A stretch of 64,000 nucleotides of DNA from the human T2T-CHM13v2.0 reference genome, Homo sapiens. Numbering within the stretch: the first letter of the stretch is position 1; the number at the start of each line of letters is the position of its first letter. The notes under the pieces were generated by a model. The model was given only the letters and a program-made list of their open reading frames with translations. It searched no databases and was not told the DNA's origin. Positions 21,626-33,357 of the stretch are shown one piece after another. Both the position numbers and the translations under genes were made by a program. Location of the stretch: NCBI GenBank assembly GCA_009914755.4, contig CP086569.2, positions 23,904,001 through 23,968,000 on the forward strand, read 5' to 3'.

Positions 21626-23279
21626 TTTTCTGATTCGTAAAACACCACAGGTGTATAAGGATTGTTTTCCTGACTTATCTTAGGACCTTTTGAAAGAGAC
21701 CTTCAATAAGAGACCTTCAATAAGTTCTCTAAGTTCAACCTCTACTATGCACAATCCTGAAAGGTCGTCTACCCTCTGCTTGAATCCTTGCTATTATGGG
21801 AAACTTACTACCTTTCTTTGAGGAAAAACTCACTACCACAAAGCCCTATGACTTGAGCTTCCTCTGGTTAAATCACAGCCATCTCACATAAGCTCCAGAG
21901 TAAATGGGAAGGGAGAACCTGACTCATCCAGCAATAGCAGAAAGATCATCACGTAGATTGTGTTGTTCTGCTATTTACAGATATTTGTGAAAAACCTGAA
22001 GTCAGTGTCATTCATCTTCCCTTTTGAAGGTTAAGTGTGTTTGTTTTTGTTTTTGTGACCAGAAATACATTAAAATTGGATTAGGAGCCATGTGCAGAAA
22101 AATTCACTGATGCTCAGTGCAGTGTATTCATTGTATAAACATGGAATAAAATGTTTGTCCCAAGATTATTTCACTTTGTCCACTTAGAAAGATTTCCTGT
22201 GACTTGCATAAATGTGGAAGAAAGCGTCTTCATTTCTTTTTAGCCAGGATCATTTGATGACATTTTGAAATGTCAGGGAGACTCTTAACTTAAATCTGAC
22301 CTACAAAGGGCCATTGAGAACAGTGAAGTGTGCCCCCAAAGCCAAAAACTTTGTATAGCTTTAATTTCAGTACAGAGGTAAATCGACTTCTGCTTTTGGA
22401 TTTAAGATTTGGCAAGCATGTGAAATTAAGTATCACTAAGGGGGACTTTTTACAGAGGGAAGCTAGGAGATTATGAGTGTTAGGGCTTACAGATTTAATC
22501 TGCAATTAGCATAAACATGCAAAGGTCACCCTAAAGAGATGCATGCCCCTGTGATCTGTAGGGGTAGCTGTCAGAAGTAGAGAGAAACGGCAAACAGAGT
22601 TTTGCAAACAAATGTGTGGTGGGGATTCAGGTTTTCATGTACGTGTTGCATCTGTGGCCTAGAAGATATCAGACACATGGCCTAGGAGAAATCAAGGGTG
22701 AGAAGTCACCAGCCCACAGAGAAGATATCACTAACCTTGAGGCTAACAGAAGTAAATGACAGCTTGTGGCAGCAGCTGTTGGTCACCAACTCAACAGTGA
22801 TTACCTCCTTCTTCTTTGTTAACAGAAAATGATTTCTGTTCAGGAACTGAGCAGCAGATAGTTTTTAGAATCTGGACCCCATTGAAGTTTCAAGGTGTCA
22901 ACCTTGATTAGTCTGTGTCCAAAATTGTAGTTCTGTGTCCCTTGTTAGTGATTGGTTTACGATGGGGCATGTGCCACAATTCTGATCAATGAGAAGTCTG
23001 CTAGAGGTACTTCTAGAAGAGTTTTCCTTACTTTTAAAAAAGAAGAAACCAAAGAGACTTTCTGTTTCTGTCATTTGGATGTTGCTGGGAGATAATGTGA
23101 TGCTTGGAGCTGTTGCGGCCATTTTGCAACCATGAGGGGAGGACCCTGAGGCAAAGGCAACATGCTTAGGGTAACAGAATAGGAACATTGACAAATCTAG
23201 ACTCCGTATTAGGTTGATGTGCTAAACCAATCAGTGCCAGTACTGCCTCCCTGTAGACTTATTACCTGGTCACTCACAG

Positions 23280-23460
23280 ATGAGACTATGGAGTCAGACT
23301 TCCTAGGTTCAAATTCCAACTTTACCACTTACCAGCTGTGTGACTTTGGACTTCTCTGTGCCTCATATTTCTGATTTGTGTACCTACCCTGTAGTATTCT
23401 TGTTAGAATTAAATGAATTAATACGTGGACAGTGCTAGAACCATACCTGATCACTCAAAC
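23280..23460 (+). mobile_element. MIR SINE fragment
   Basis: ...gactatggagtcagacttcctaggttcaaattccaactttaccacttaccagctgtgtgactttggacttctctgtgcctca...ttgttagaattaaatgaattaatacgtggacagtgctagaac... is MIR-like. Confidence 0.5.
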
Positions 23461-23624
23461 ATTTAACATTCTTTCATCATTTAAGCCATTTTGAGTTGCA
23501 TCTTCTAGTTGTTGCTTTTGAAAGTATCCTATGTAACACAGCAACTTTCGGTTAATGTTTTCCTGTCAGAAAGTTAGGAAACTAACAACAAAAACACAAA
23601 CCATCCCTTAAACAGTGGAAAAAG

Positions 23625-24390
23625 GACTTGAGTGGATATTTCTCCAAAGAAGAGAGGCCATGGCCCACAAACACATGAAAACATTCTCAGCATCATTCAT
23701 CATTAGGGAAATGCAAATAAAAAGGAGGCACCACTGTACACCCATTAGGATGGTAATGACTTTTTAAAAAGAAAACAGAAAACAGCAAGTATTGGTGAGG
23801 ATGTGGAGAAACTGGAATTTGTATATTGCTGGTGGGAATGTAATATGGTTCAGCCACTGCAGGAAACAGTTGGTGGTTCCTCAGATGACTCAACACAGAA
23901 TTATCACAGGACCCTGCAATTCCACTCCCAGGCGTCTGTACCCAAAAGAATTGAAAACAGGGATGCAAGTACATGCATACACATGTTGATAGCAGCACAG
24001 CAGCCAAAAGGTGGAAGCAAACCACATGTCCATTGATGGATGAATGGATAAATAAATTGTGATATATACATACAGTCGAATAACATTCAGCCATAATAAA
24101 TTAGAAAAAATGATGGGAAATGAGAAAAATATCCCATTTACAAAAGCAACCAAAATCACAGAATACTCAGAATCAAACACAGAAGAAATACAAAACGGCC
24201 TAAGGACACGGAAGAAGACATGAAATGAAGGGAAACATCACACACGTGAATGAGCAGGCTCAGGCCTGACAAGATATCAATTATTTCCCAGTCACCCTGT
24301 GAATTTAATCAATCTTTAATTTTTTAACTTAGCAAACTGATTTTTAAATTCTACTCAAAGAATACATTTGTAAAAGCAACTGAATTAATT
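23625..24390 (+). mobile_element. LINE-1 3' fragment (old L1M/L1PB-like): ORF2 C-terminus and 3' UTR
   Basis: The plus translation gives MAHKHMKTFSASFIIREMQIKRRHHCTPIRM...WWECNMVQPLQETVGGSSDDSTQNYHRTLQFHSQASVPKRIENRDASTCIHMLIAA..., which matches the L1 ORF2 C-terminal region. The 3' boundary is uncertain. Confidence 0.6.
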
Positions 24391-24404
24391 TTTTTAAAGG
24401 AGCC

Positions 24405-24530
24405 AGGTGTGGTGGTATGAGCCTGTAGTCCCAGCTACTCTGGAGCCTGAGCTGAGATAGAAAGGTTGCTTGAGCCCAGAAGTTTAAGACCAGCCTGGAC
24501 AACACAGTGAGACCCCATTTAAAAAATTAA
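24405..24530 (+). mobile_element. Alu monomer-like fragment (FRAM/FLAM or truncated Alu)
   Basis: ggagccaggtgtggtggtatgagcctgtagtcccagctactctggagcctgagctgagatagaaaggttgcttgagcccagaagtttaagaccagcctggacaacacagtgagaccccat. Confidence 0.5.
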
Positions 24531-25775
24531 AGGGGATAGCTCTTACTAGATAGTAAGATATATTTTAAAATTACTATAATTTAGGAATTTGATACCAACA
24601 TAGGAATGAGAAAATTGATTACCGAACCAGAAATCAGAATTTGTCATATACTGATTGGTATTTGCAATCGGTAGGAAAAGGAAAGATTAATTAAATAGTC
24701 CGGGAACAACTGCCTTGAAACTAATATACTAAAATAAATTCCACGTGGATTAAACACAAAAATAAAACCGCAATAGAACTCAAAGAAAATATAAGTAAAT
24801 ATTTTCCCATTTATCAGAACCCATCCACATGGTTCAATTCAACTGCAGGGGAGGTTTGAAAACGTGTGTGGTTTTTTGGGAGGCACTCACTGTTATTGTC
24901 ATAGATACATAACCTATTTCTAGGGATGAGGGAAAGGACAAAACAAAGGATTGAAACTGAAGGGCTTTCTGCCTATCCTCATGTTTATCAAAAAAATTCC
25001 AATACCCAAAATACACCATCCCACAATTATAATTGGTTGCATAGGCAAAGCTTCTCTTTCTCGTTTGATGATCCTAGTATATCTCTATAAGGACCACATC
25101 TTGGCTGATATTCCAGCTGCACATTGGAATTACATCTGTTCTCATTCTCATATTAATAATGAAGCTTGATTAATAAATTACAAGGGCTAACTCTGGAGCT
25201 ATTGGTTCAAAATTCCTTGCCAGTGAGGAAAACAAAAGAACAACTGTATTTTAAGAATAGATCCACCATAATAACATGCTGATGGTCAAAACTGATCAGG
25301 CAGTCTGGATGAAGCCTCACACCTTCCTACACTTTGCAAAAGAAGTAGCAGGTAAGGAAGGACTAGCCTGAGCTCCTGTTCAGCCCTGGGGAGGGAGCAG
25401 GTATGATGGAGCTGGCAATGTGGTCATTCCTGCTGTGCTCAGCCAATTTGCTTGAACTTCAAACAGAAGTGTTAACTTCACGGTGTGCAAGTTCATCCAT
25501 CCTCTGCTTTTGTCCTCCTTGGAGGCTTTCAGTGGCACATGTTGGGGGAAGAAAAGGCACTTGTTCTCTTCTCAATTGTACAGAGCAGCTGATCAGTGTC
25601 TGCACGAATTCCTGAACAAAGAACATATTTCAGACCTTCTTATTGCTTGCTTATTTAATTTAACAGATGTCAGTTGTGACACACACATACGACTTTCTCC
25701 CTAGGCAATGGATTATGGCAAATTTCATTTTATGCCTGGCATGAAAGCCATGCAATATTGGGTATTGAAAGGACT

Positions 25776-25799
25776 TTTTTTTTTTTTTTTTTTTTTTGA
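25776..25799. repeat. poly(T) tract
   Basis: Direct reading. Confidence 0.9.
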
Positions 25800-26183
25800 G
25801 AGACAGAAAGAGGGGAAAACCTGTTGTGCCTTAAAATCCCTAGTAATGCAAGAAAACCAATTTCCACAAAGGCATTGTCCTGGAAAGCTTTGTTGGTTTA
25901 TGTCACTACCTAATGGGAATGTGTCAGATTACACAAGGGCTGTTGTGTCAGGTCACACATCCTGTCACAATGAACACACTGGTGGTGTGTGGGTGGGAAT
26001 GCAATTTATGGGGATGCCTGCGCTGGATGAGATGTTATCTTCACATTCTGTGTCTACTTCTAGTTATTTAACCTTGGCCAAGTCCCTCAACGCCTCTTAA
26101 CTCAAGGATCCTCACCTAAAGGAGGGTTCTGGATGCCAGCTTTGTGAGATTGTTGACAGAACTAGGAAAAGGTGTACTTAACT

Positions 26184-26385
26184 GGGCTAGGTGGCTCATG
26201 CCTGCAATCCCAATGCTTTAGGAGGCTGAAGCAGGAGGATCACTTGAGGCCAGGAGTTAGAGACCAGCCTGGGCAAGATGGCAAGATCTCATTTCTTCAA
26301 AATAGAAATTAAAAAATTAGCTGGGTGTGGTGGTGTTAGCATGTATTATACACCATACCTGGGTAACAGAGAGACTCTTTCAGGG
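26184..26385 (+). mobile_element. Alu SINE with an internal deletion. Its 3' tail has expanded into the (GGAA)n array.
   Basis: ggctaggtggctcatgcctgcaatcccaatgctttaggaggctgaagcaggaggatcacttgaggccaggagttagagaccagcctgggcaagatggcaagatctc...ttagctgggtgtggtggtg...cctgggtaacagagagactc, then purine repeats. Confidence 0.65.
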
Positions 26386-26582
26386 AAGAAAAGAAAAAAG
26401 AGAAGAGAGAAGGAGGAAGGAAGGAGAGAAAGGAAGGAAAGAAGGAAGGAAGGAAGGAGGGAACAAAGGAAGGAAGGGAGGGATGGAGGGAGGAAGGAAG
26501 AGAAGGGAAGAAGGAAGGAAAGAAGGAAGGAAGGAAGGAAGGAAGGAAGGAAGGAAGGAAGGAAGGAAGGAAGGAAGGCAGG
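26383..26582. repeat. (GGAA)n / (AAGG)n microsatellite, about 200 bp. The last about 70 bp are pure.
   Basis: Direct reading: ...ggaaggaaggaaggaaggaaggaaggaagg.... It sits at the tail of the Alu at 26184. Confidence 0.9.
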
Positions 26583-27419
26583 CATGTATTTTAAACTGAG
26601 GCATAGCCCAAAGCTCGTAAACTCAGGGTTCTGTCAGTCCATGTAGTAAAATCATGAAGCCCTACATATTTTTTCTTCTTTTGGTATAAGTTTCGGTTTC
26701 AGAGGTATGTTTTTTGACACAAGTAAAACTTCCAGCATGGAAATAAACTGCAGTCAATGGCTGCCCTGGAAGTTGGAGAGGTGATAGGAAACTGCATTGA
26801 ACTGGACTGCATTGAACTGGTTTGAGTGGCTGCATTGAACAGGACAACACTTATCTGGTCTCAGGTGGATGACTGCTGTCAGCCCAGAATGGCCAGGATG
26901 TGTGGCAAGATCTTTCTGTTTACCAAAATCAACCAACCACTTGGGATATCCTGCTTGTAAATGCTGGCCCAATTTTTTAAACACTACAGGGGCTAAAGAA
27001 ATTATCCCTGGGGACCAGGTTCAGCTTGTGGATCTCAGCTGGCGCTCTGCTGCTCATTGCTATAGACTTGCAAGAAGGTGGGTGCTAGGTGTGGAGCCTA
27101 TGCTATCTGGGGTACTCTATAAGTGGGGAAGGGGGGCTCAATGCTCCATGTCTGTGGGGAGGTTAGTGGGAATCTAGAGACAGAATCAGGATTGGGGACC
27201 TGAATTACTATGTTACTGGCCTGACACCAGAGGCTCAGCCTGGTAGAGGCCTACGTAAGGCCTTCCCTGGTCGTCAATCCTCCTTCCTCGCCACCATGTG
27301 TTTCTCTCCTCTTCCTTGGGACAGCTCTCCCTGAAGCCTCCAGGCTTCCCTTATGAGATCCCCCCAAGAGCTAAACAGTTCCTGGAGACCACTGAGAAGA
27401 CTGCCAGACTGAGAGTCAG

Positions 27420-27600
27420 ACTTGTGGATACATACTTACTGTTTGGCCTTGAGCGGGAACCTCCATCCCTCTGAGTCTTTGTTTCCTCATTTGTAAAGTG
27501 AGGAGGAAGAGAAAAGCCTTTCCCAGCTTCTCAGGATGGCACCCGGGTACAGATCATAGAGATGATGCATGAGGCATGCTTTGTGAACTTGAAAGTGCTG
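27420..27600 (+). mobile_element. MIR SINE fragment
   Basis: ...ccatccctctgagtctttgtttcctcatttgtaaagtgaggag...gtgctgagcagtacttggtc matches the MIR core. Confidence 0.45.
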
Positions 27601-27808
27601 AGCAGTACTTGGTCATTTTAAAACAATGACATCTTCTTTGAATAATTCTTAAATCCTGGTACAGAATTAAGAAAGGATCATCTATTCAATTAGTCAACTA
27701 TTTGTTCAAGAAATATGTACTGAGCCTTCCATTATGTGCCAGGTACTTCTAAGCAATAACTAAGACAGACATGGATTGCCTGTCATGAAATGTCAATTCT
27801 AGAGTAGG

Positions 27809-27992
27809 AGGCAGAGAATAGGGAAGAAAGGACGGGAGGAGGGAAGAAAGGAAAGAAGGACGTGAGAAGGAAAGGAAGGGAAGGAGAGAAGGACAGAAGA
27901 AATGAGGGAGGGAGGGAGGAAATGAAGGAAAGAGGGGAGAAGAGAAGGAGGGGAGAAGGGGAGGAGGGAGGGACGGAGTGAAGGAAAGAAGC
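27809..27992. repeat. Purine-rich GGAA/GGGA-type low-complexity repeat, imperfect
   Basis: Direct reading: gggaagaaaggacgggaggagggaagaaaggaaagaagg...gggagggagggaggaaatgaagg... Confidence 0.8.
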
Positions 27993-29685
27993 CAGCTTAA
28001 AATTGGCCATGATGAGTATTTATACTACTAACATTGGAAAACTCAGTAAATCAGGGTTCTTCCTGCAGGCTGACTTTTAAATATTTGCCGTAACTACTGA
28101 AGCCAGAGGTTACAGTGAGGAGCCAGAGGAGGATTCTGAGTACAGGAGAAACACAATTTGCTACTCATTTTATCCATTTTTCAAAGGATCCTCTTCACCA
28201 TGTACAGAATAGACTGGAGCCAGGCACAGTAGCAGCGGGAGTTACCAGCCTAGAAGGCTGTGAAATAACCCAGGCATGAGATGCAAGGGGCTTCGGTTGG
28301 ACTAGCAATGGAGTAGCCAGACATGGATGGTTGGGATATGATGGGGGGCAAGGCTGACAGCGTTCATTTGTGGATTGGCTGTGAGGTAAAGATAGAGACA
28401 GCTAGTGAATTGTACAGAAACACTCTGTTCATGAGGAGCTTACAGTTTAGTGGCAGAAACAAAGCAGGCAGTCAGCTAGGACTTTCACAGATATTTATTT
28501 ATACTGGCTTTCAACGACATATAACACAGGGAAACCTAGCCACATTTGGAAATGAAATGTCATTTGAGCTTTGTTATGGTGAGGTATGATACAATCACAC
28601 ACCCATGGAGGTATTTACATATAATTTCCTCCACACCTGATTTGGTTCTGCAAACACCCCAGGCCCTATACATGTCATTCGCTAGTAATGTGCTGCGTCA
28701 AGGAGGCGTCAGAACCGTGTGAGCTTTCACACATTATCTACCCACCCAACTTCTGGGTTTTGCCTATTCTGTCAGGGTCCTCTGTGAGCTGCTGGGGTAA
28801 TGGGCAAAGGGTGGAGATGCAAATGAAAATAGAAATGCTGAGTGAACAGGTTATCTAGTGGAAAGAGGGTGCCAAAGGAAGCAGGGTAGCTAGTGTGAGT
28901 GGACTGTTTGATACAGAGTGTGGGAAAGAGTAAGATCTGGAGATGCCCGGATGAGGGGAGTCTTGAGGAAGGAAATGAATGATGAGTTTCTTCAGGGCTG
29001 ATGATAGGTTATGTCATTCAACCCATTCTGCAATGACCACCATGTGACTTTGCTCCTAATAAATAAGCAAATTATATTTCCCCACCCCTTGATATGGGGT
29101 TTGGCCATATCACTTGCTTTGGCTGAAAGACTGAGATGAATGGGAGTGACAGGGAACTCCTTATGAGATTTCTTCTTTAAAGGCTTTCCACATTTGCCAT
29201 TGTCATCTGCCATTGTTTGCCACAGGAGGAGAATGAGAGACACACGCTGCAGAGCCAGCCTAGCTAAGCCCTGCCTCGGTCAGCCAAAAAGCAGCTGACC
29301 TGCAGACATGTGAGCAATTATAAATGGTCATTGCTTTATCCTGCCGAGTCTTGAGGAGGTGTTTGCACAGCAACAGCTGACTGATGCAGGGACTTACAGT
29401 GTGTCCCACAGTGTAGTTTGGCTTTTCCTCATTTGGTGTAAGTAGGGACTTCAGTTACTTCTAAATGCTTTCCAAGTGGTTGATTACTATTTATTTTGGT
29501 AGTATTGAAAGTGTCTTTGCAAAAATTCTATCAGTGAGAAAAATTATAACAGTAAGCTGAGCTAACTAGTTACACGTAGTTAGACAGGCATGACTGGGGC
29601 AAGAGAGAGATCTTTCCTCTCCTACCAGGAATGTTAGGTGATAGTTTGAGAACTATCACACTGTCTCTGAAAAAAAGATAATTTG

Positions 29686-29991
29686 GGGGTCTAGGCACAG
29701 TGGTTCACACCTATAATCCCAACACTTTGGGAGGCAGAGACCAACAGATAGCTTGACCCCAGGAATTCAAGACCAGCCTAAGCAACAAGGCAAATCCTGT
29801 CTCTACAAAAAATACAGAAATTAGCCAGGTGTGGTGGCACACACCCGTAGTCCTGGCTACTCAGGAGGCTAAGGTGGGAGGATCAATTGAGCCCTGGAGG
29901 TTGAGGTTGCAGTGAACCATGATTGCCCCACTGCACGACACCTGGGGTGACAGAGCAAGACCTTGCCTCAAAAAAAAAAAAAAAAAAAAAA
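29686..29991 (+). mobile_element. Alu SINE (AluS-like) with a poly(A) tail of about 21 bp
   Basis: ggtctaggcacagtggttcacacctataatcccaacactttgggaggcagag...gcaacaaggcaaatcctgtctctacaaaaaatacagaaattagccaggtgtggtggcacacacccgtagtcctggctactcaggaggctaag...cagagcaagaccttgcctcaaaaaaa. Confidence 0.9.
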
Positions 29992-30124
29992 GCTTTTGTT
30001 ACCATAGGTAGTTAGGCAGACATGAGCAGGGAAGGAGAGGGCCCTCTTCACCAGGAATGTCAGGCGACCATAAGGTGATAGTGAGGTGGTTGTTAAACTG
30101 TCTCTAAAATAATAATTGGTTGCA

Positions 30125-30660
30125 GCCAGCGCCAGGGAAACGCAGTCTCCCAATAGATAGAAAACACCTGAAACTGATGATCAGCAGCTTCCTGATTAGA
30201 TGGCAGGAGTTGGGTGAGTGAACTCAAGCATGCACACTAAGAGGCAAAATGGTGGAATTAACTGGTACCTCACCTTCCTTAGGGAATACTCAACCGGTAA
30301 GGGAAAAATGTTTCAAGGCGGCCTGAATACAACTTTAGTAAACACACTGCACACGTGGCCCCTCCTAAGTGCTGGCAGGCCACCCCAAGGGAAGGATCAG
30401 GGGAGAAGGGCACAATCACCCCAGAAGCATAAAAACCCAAGTCAACGGTCAAACCTTGCACTTGATCTCTCAAGTCACCCGCTTGCCCCTCTTCCAAGCG
30501 TACTTCACTTCCTTTCATTCTTGCTCTAAAACTTCTTAATAAACTTTCACTCCTTCCCTTAAGCTTGCCTCAGTTTCTCCCTCTGCCTTATTCCCTTTGG
30601 TTGAATTCTTTCTTCTGAAGGAGGTAAGAATTGAGGTTGCTGCAGTCTTGTGTGGATTCA
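30125..30660 (+). mobile_element. Putative solo LTR of unknown ERV family. This is a low-confidence call.
   Basis: It has an LTR-like layout. There is an internal AATAAA (cttaataaactttcactcc) about 100 bp before a ...tgtggattcaccact end. The segment is GC-moderate and bounded by AT-rich DNA. It has no recognisable consensus match by eye. Confidence 0.3.
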
Positions 30661-30720
30661 CCACTGATAACAGTTAAAATGGTAAATTTTATGTTATGTA
30701 TATTTTATCACAATAAAAAT
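30640..30720 (+). mobile_element. L1 3'-terminal fragment (L1M-type end)
   Basis: cagttaaaatggtaaattttatgttatgtatattttatcacaataaaaa matches the L1M 3' terminus ...gttaagatggtaaattttatgttatgtgtattttaccacaat. Confidence 0.55.
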
Positions 30721-31302
30721 TACCAAATAAGAGATAATTGGCTATTTAAACATAAATAATAACCATGTATTATAGGGGTTATGACTTATATAAATTGGAA
30801 GACAAAAACAATAACATAAAGGCTGGTGGGGGGAGAAATAGAAGTATACCCATTTGAGGATATCATACCACATATGAAGAGGTATAGTATCCCTCAAAAT
30901 ATATCGTGATAAGAAAAGATGTATGCTACCACTAAAATAATAAAACAAAGAGTTAAAGCTAATAAGTCTATAAAGGAGATAAAAATAGATCATAAAAATA
31001 CTCAACTAATTCAAATCAATCCAGTTAATCTAAATTAATCCAATTAATCTAAAATAAGACAGAGAGGGAGGAAAAAAGGAACAAAGAACAGGTGGAACAA
31101 ATAAGAAACAAATGCCAATGTGATAGAGTGAAAGTTAGCCATTACAGATAAAAAGTTTAAATAAAAATAGTCCAATTAGCCCCATTAAAAGGCAGACTGT
31201 CAGATTGGATAAAAATGCAAGACAACTTTGTGCTGCCTGCAAGAGATGCACTTTAAAATATAAAGACACAAATGGGTTAAAAGTGAAAAAAAATTTTTTT
31301 TT

Positions 31303-31400
31303 CTTGAGGCCAGGCTGTTCTCAAACTCCTGCGCTCAGGATCCACCTGCCCCAGCCTCCCAAAGTACCGGCATTACAGGCATGAGCCACGGGGCCTGGCC
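31303..31400 (-). mobile_element. Partial Alu (left monomer), minus orientation
   Basis: gaggccaggctgttctcaaactcctgcgctcaggatccacctgccccagcctcccaaagtaccggcattacaggcatgagccacggggcctggcc. Confidence 0.65.
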
Positions 31401-31782
31401 AAATAGTCTAAGTTTTGACAAGGGTATGCCATTGCTGACACTGGCCAAGAGGAAGCTGGAGTGGCTGAGCAGTTTTCTGAGAGCCAAAACCCAACTCTGT
31501 GTGTGAGTTTTCAGCCACTACAAAGGCCTTACCACAAGTTTGTTCCATGGGTCCTCCCCACCGGCCTCGGTGCACAACCAGAACCAGAGCACACAGTCCC
31601 CTAGGGGAGTTGTATCAAAGACTCACGTCCCCCCGCACTTATGTTCTTACACATACCTGCATTCCCAGCCCAGATACGTCCATGCAGAGGTCCCCGGATC
31701 AGGAGGGTCCTGGCAGAGGTCTTTCTTGGCTGCCTCTACTAGACACCAACTTCTTGAGGGTAACCTGAAAAACATGCTTTTC

Positions 31783-31980
31783 TCTCTTCTTCTTCTTCTT
31801 CCTCCTCTTCTTCTTCTTCTGCTTCTTCTTCTTCTTCCTCTTCTCCTTCTTCTTCTTCCTCTTCCGCTTCCTTCTCTTCTTCTTCCCCTTCTTCCTCTTC
31901 TTCTTCTTCTTTTTTCTTTTCTTCTCATTCTCCTCCTCCTCCTCCTCCCCCTCCCTCCTCCTCCTCCTCTTCTTCTTCTT
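31783..31980. repeat. (CTT)n/(CCT)n polypyrimidine microsatellite (GAA/GGA on the other strand), about 200 bp, followed by about 23 T
   Basis: Direct reading: cttcttcttcttcctcctcttcttcttcttctgcttcttc...ctcctcctcctcctccccctccctcctcctcctcc. It is contiguous with the Alu 3' fragment at 32004-32085 (minus strand), so it is an expanded Alu tail. Confidence 0.9.
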
Positions 31981-32003
31981 TTTTTTTTTTTTTTTTTTTT
32001 TTT

Positions 32004-32085
32004 GAGACTGAGTCTCATGCTGTCGCTTAGGATGGAGTGCAGTGGCGCGATCTCGGCTCACTGCAACAACCTCCGCCTCCGCGGT
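32004..32085 (-). mobile_element. Alu 3'-end fragment, minus orientation. Its tail is the poly(T) plus the (CTT)n array.
   Basis: gagactgagtctcatgctgtcgcttaggatggagtgcagtggcgcgatctcggctcactgcaacaacctccgcctccgcgg. Confidence 0.7.
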
Positions 32086-33357
32086 CCTCAGTATTAAGTA
32101 TCTTCCACTCCTAGCCTTCCCCAAACTCCCACCCTTCACCACAGGGTCCATAAATTCCCAGCAACAGCGAAATAGCAGGAGGCTCATGTTCGGCAGTCCG
32201 TCTCGCTAAGCAGGGAGATGATCATCCCCATACCCCAAACTCCCCTCCTCTGAGCTGCTCCATGGGGGAAAACATGGAACATTCTGGGAGCTGGCACTTC
32301 TTCCTTTTTTGCTTCTTGCTTATACTGTTGCATAAGTGAATAAAGTCTTGATGGTTTCTTTTTTTTTTTTCTTTTTAAGTTTGGCCGTTTTCTTAACTGA
32401 CCACGTTAAAACCTGGCAGCTCAGCTCTCTCTCCAGCTGAGCCCTCGACAGAGGCTATATTAATATACTAAAAGAAGTAAATCTTAGAGTGAAAAATGTT
32501 ACCGTAGGCAGAGAGTCATTTCAGCATGACAAATTGGTCAGTTAATGAAAATGTGACAATCCTAAGGGTTTAGGTACTTCATAACAGTGCTTCAAATACA
32601 TGAGGCAAAAACTAATAGATTGTAAGGAGAAATAAACACATCCATAATTGTAGCTGGGAATTTCAATAATCCTTTCTCGATAATTAATAGAACAAGTGGA
32701 CAGAAAATCAGCAAGGATATAACAGATTTGAACAATACTATCAAACAACTCCTAATTGACATTTTTACAACACTCCATCCAATGGCAGCAGAATATATAT
32801 TATTTTCAAGTACACATGGGCCATTTACAAAGACCAACTACATTCTGAGCCATAAAACCATTCTCAATATACGTAAAAAGATTCAAGTCATACAAATATG
32901 TTCTTTGACCACAGTGAAATTAAATTAGAAATCAATAGAAGAGGGATAACTGAAAAATACCCAAATATCTAGAAACTAAATAACATGCTTCTAAATAACT
33001 CACAGTTCAAAGAAGAAATCAAAAGGGAAATTACAAAATATTCTGAGGTGAGTGAAAATGAAAATACAGTATATAAGAATTTGTAGGATGCCACTAATGT
33101 TTGGCATCTAATACTAATACTAATGGAACTGTATAACACCAAATACCTATTTTACAAAAAAAAAAAAAAATGATTCAAGGCAATGACCTCAGGATCCATC
33201 ACAAGAAATAAATAATAAAAACAAGAGTGCACATTAAACTCAAAGGAAGCAGACAGTAGGAAATAATAAAGATCAAAAGAGAAATCAATAAAATAGAAGA
33301 CAAAAATAGAGAAAATCAACAAAAACAAAGTTGGTTTCTTGACAAGAAAAATAAAAT

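Noticed and set aside
18560-23600. A repeat-free 5-kb stretch with ORFs of 103 aa (19586-19897, minus) and 125 aa (21008-21385, minus) that could hide a host exon
   Set aside because: It has no recognisable protein motifs, no clear splice-site-bounded high-coding-potential block and no codon-usage signal visible by eye. The stretch also contains MIR fragments. An exon or lncRNA cannot be excluded without alignment to transcript and conservation data, but I cannot support a call.
26278-26646. 122-aa Arg/Lys/Glu-rich ORF and mirrored Ser/Phe/Leu/Pro ORFs
   Set aside because: These are translations of the (GGAA)n microsatellite on both strands.
31540-32187. 185-aa poly-Leu ORF (plus) and 162-aa/123-aa poly-Lys/Arg ORFs (minus)
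   Set aside because: These are translations of the (CTT/CCT)n microsatellite and the adjacent poly(T) and Alu fragment. They are low complexity and not genes.
32380-32530. Possible extension of the L1 at 32530 further 5' into the ORF1/ORF2 junction
   Set aside because: The translation of this segment does not convincingly match L1 ORF1 or ORF2 N-terminal motifs by eye. It is left unannotated.
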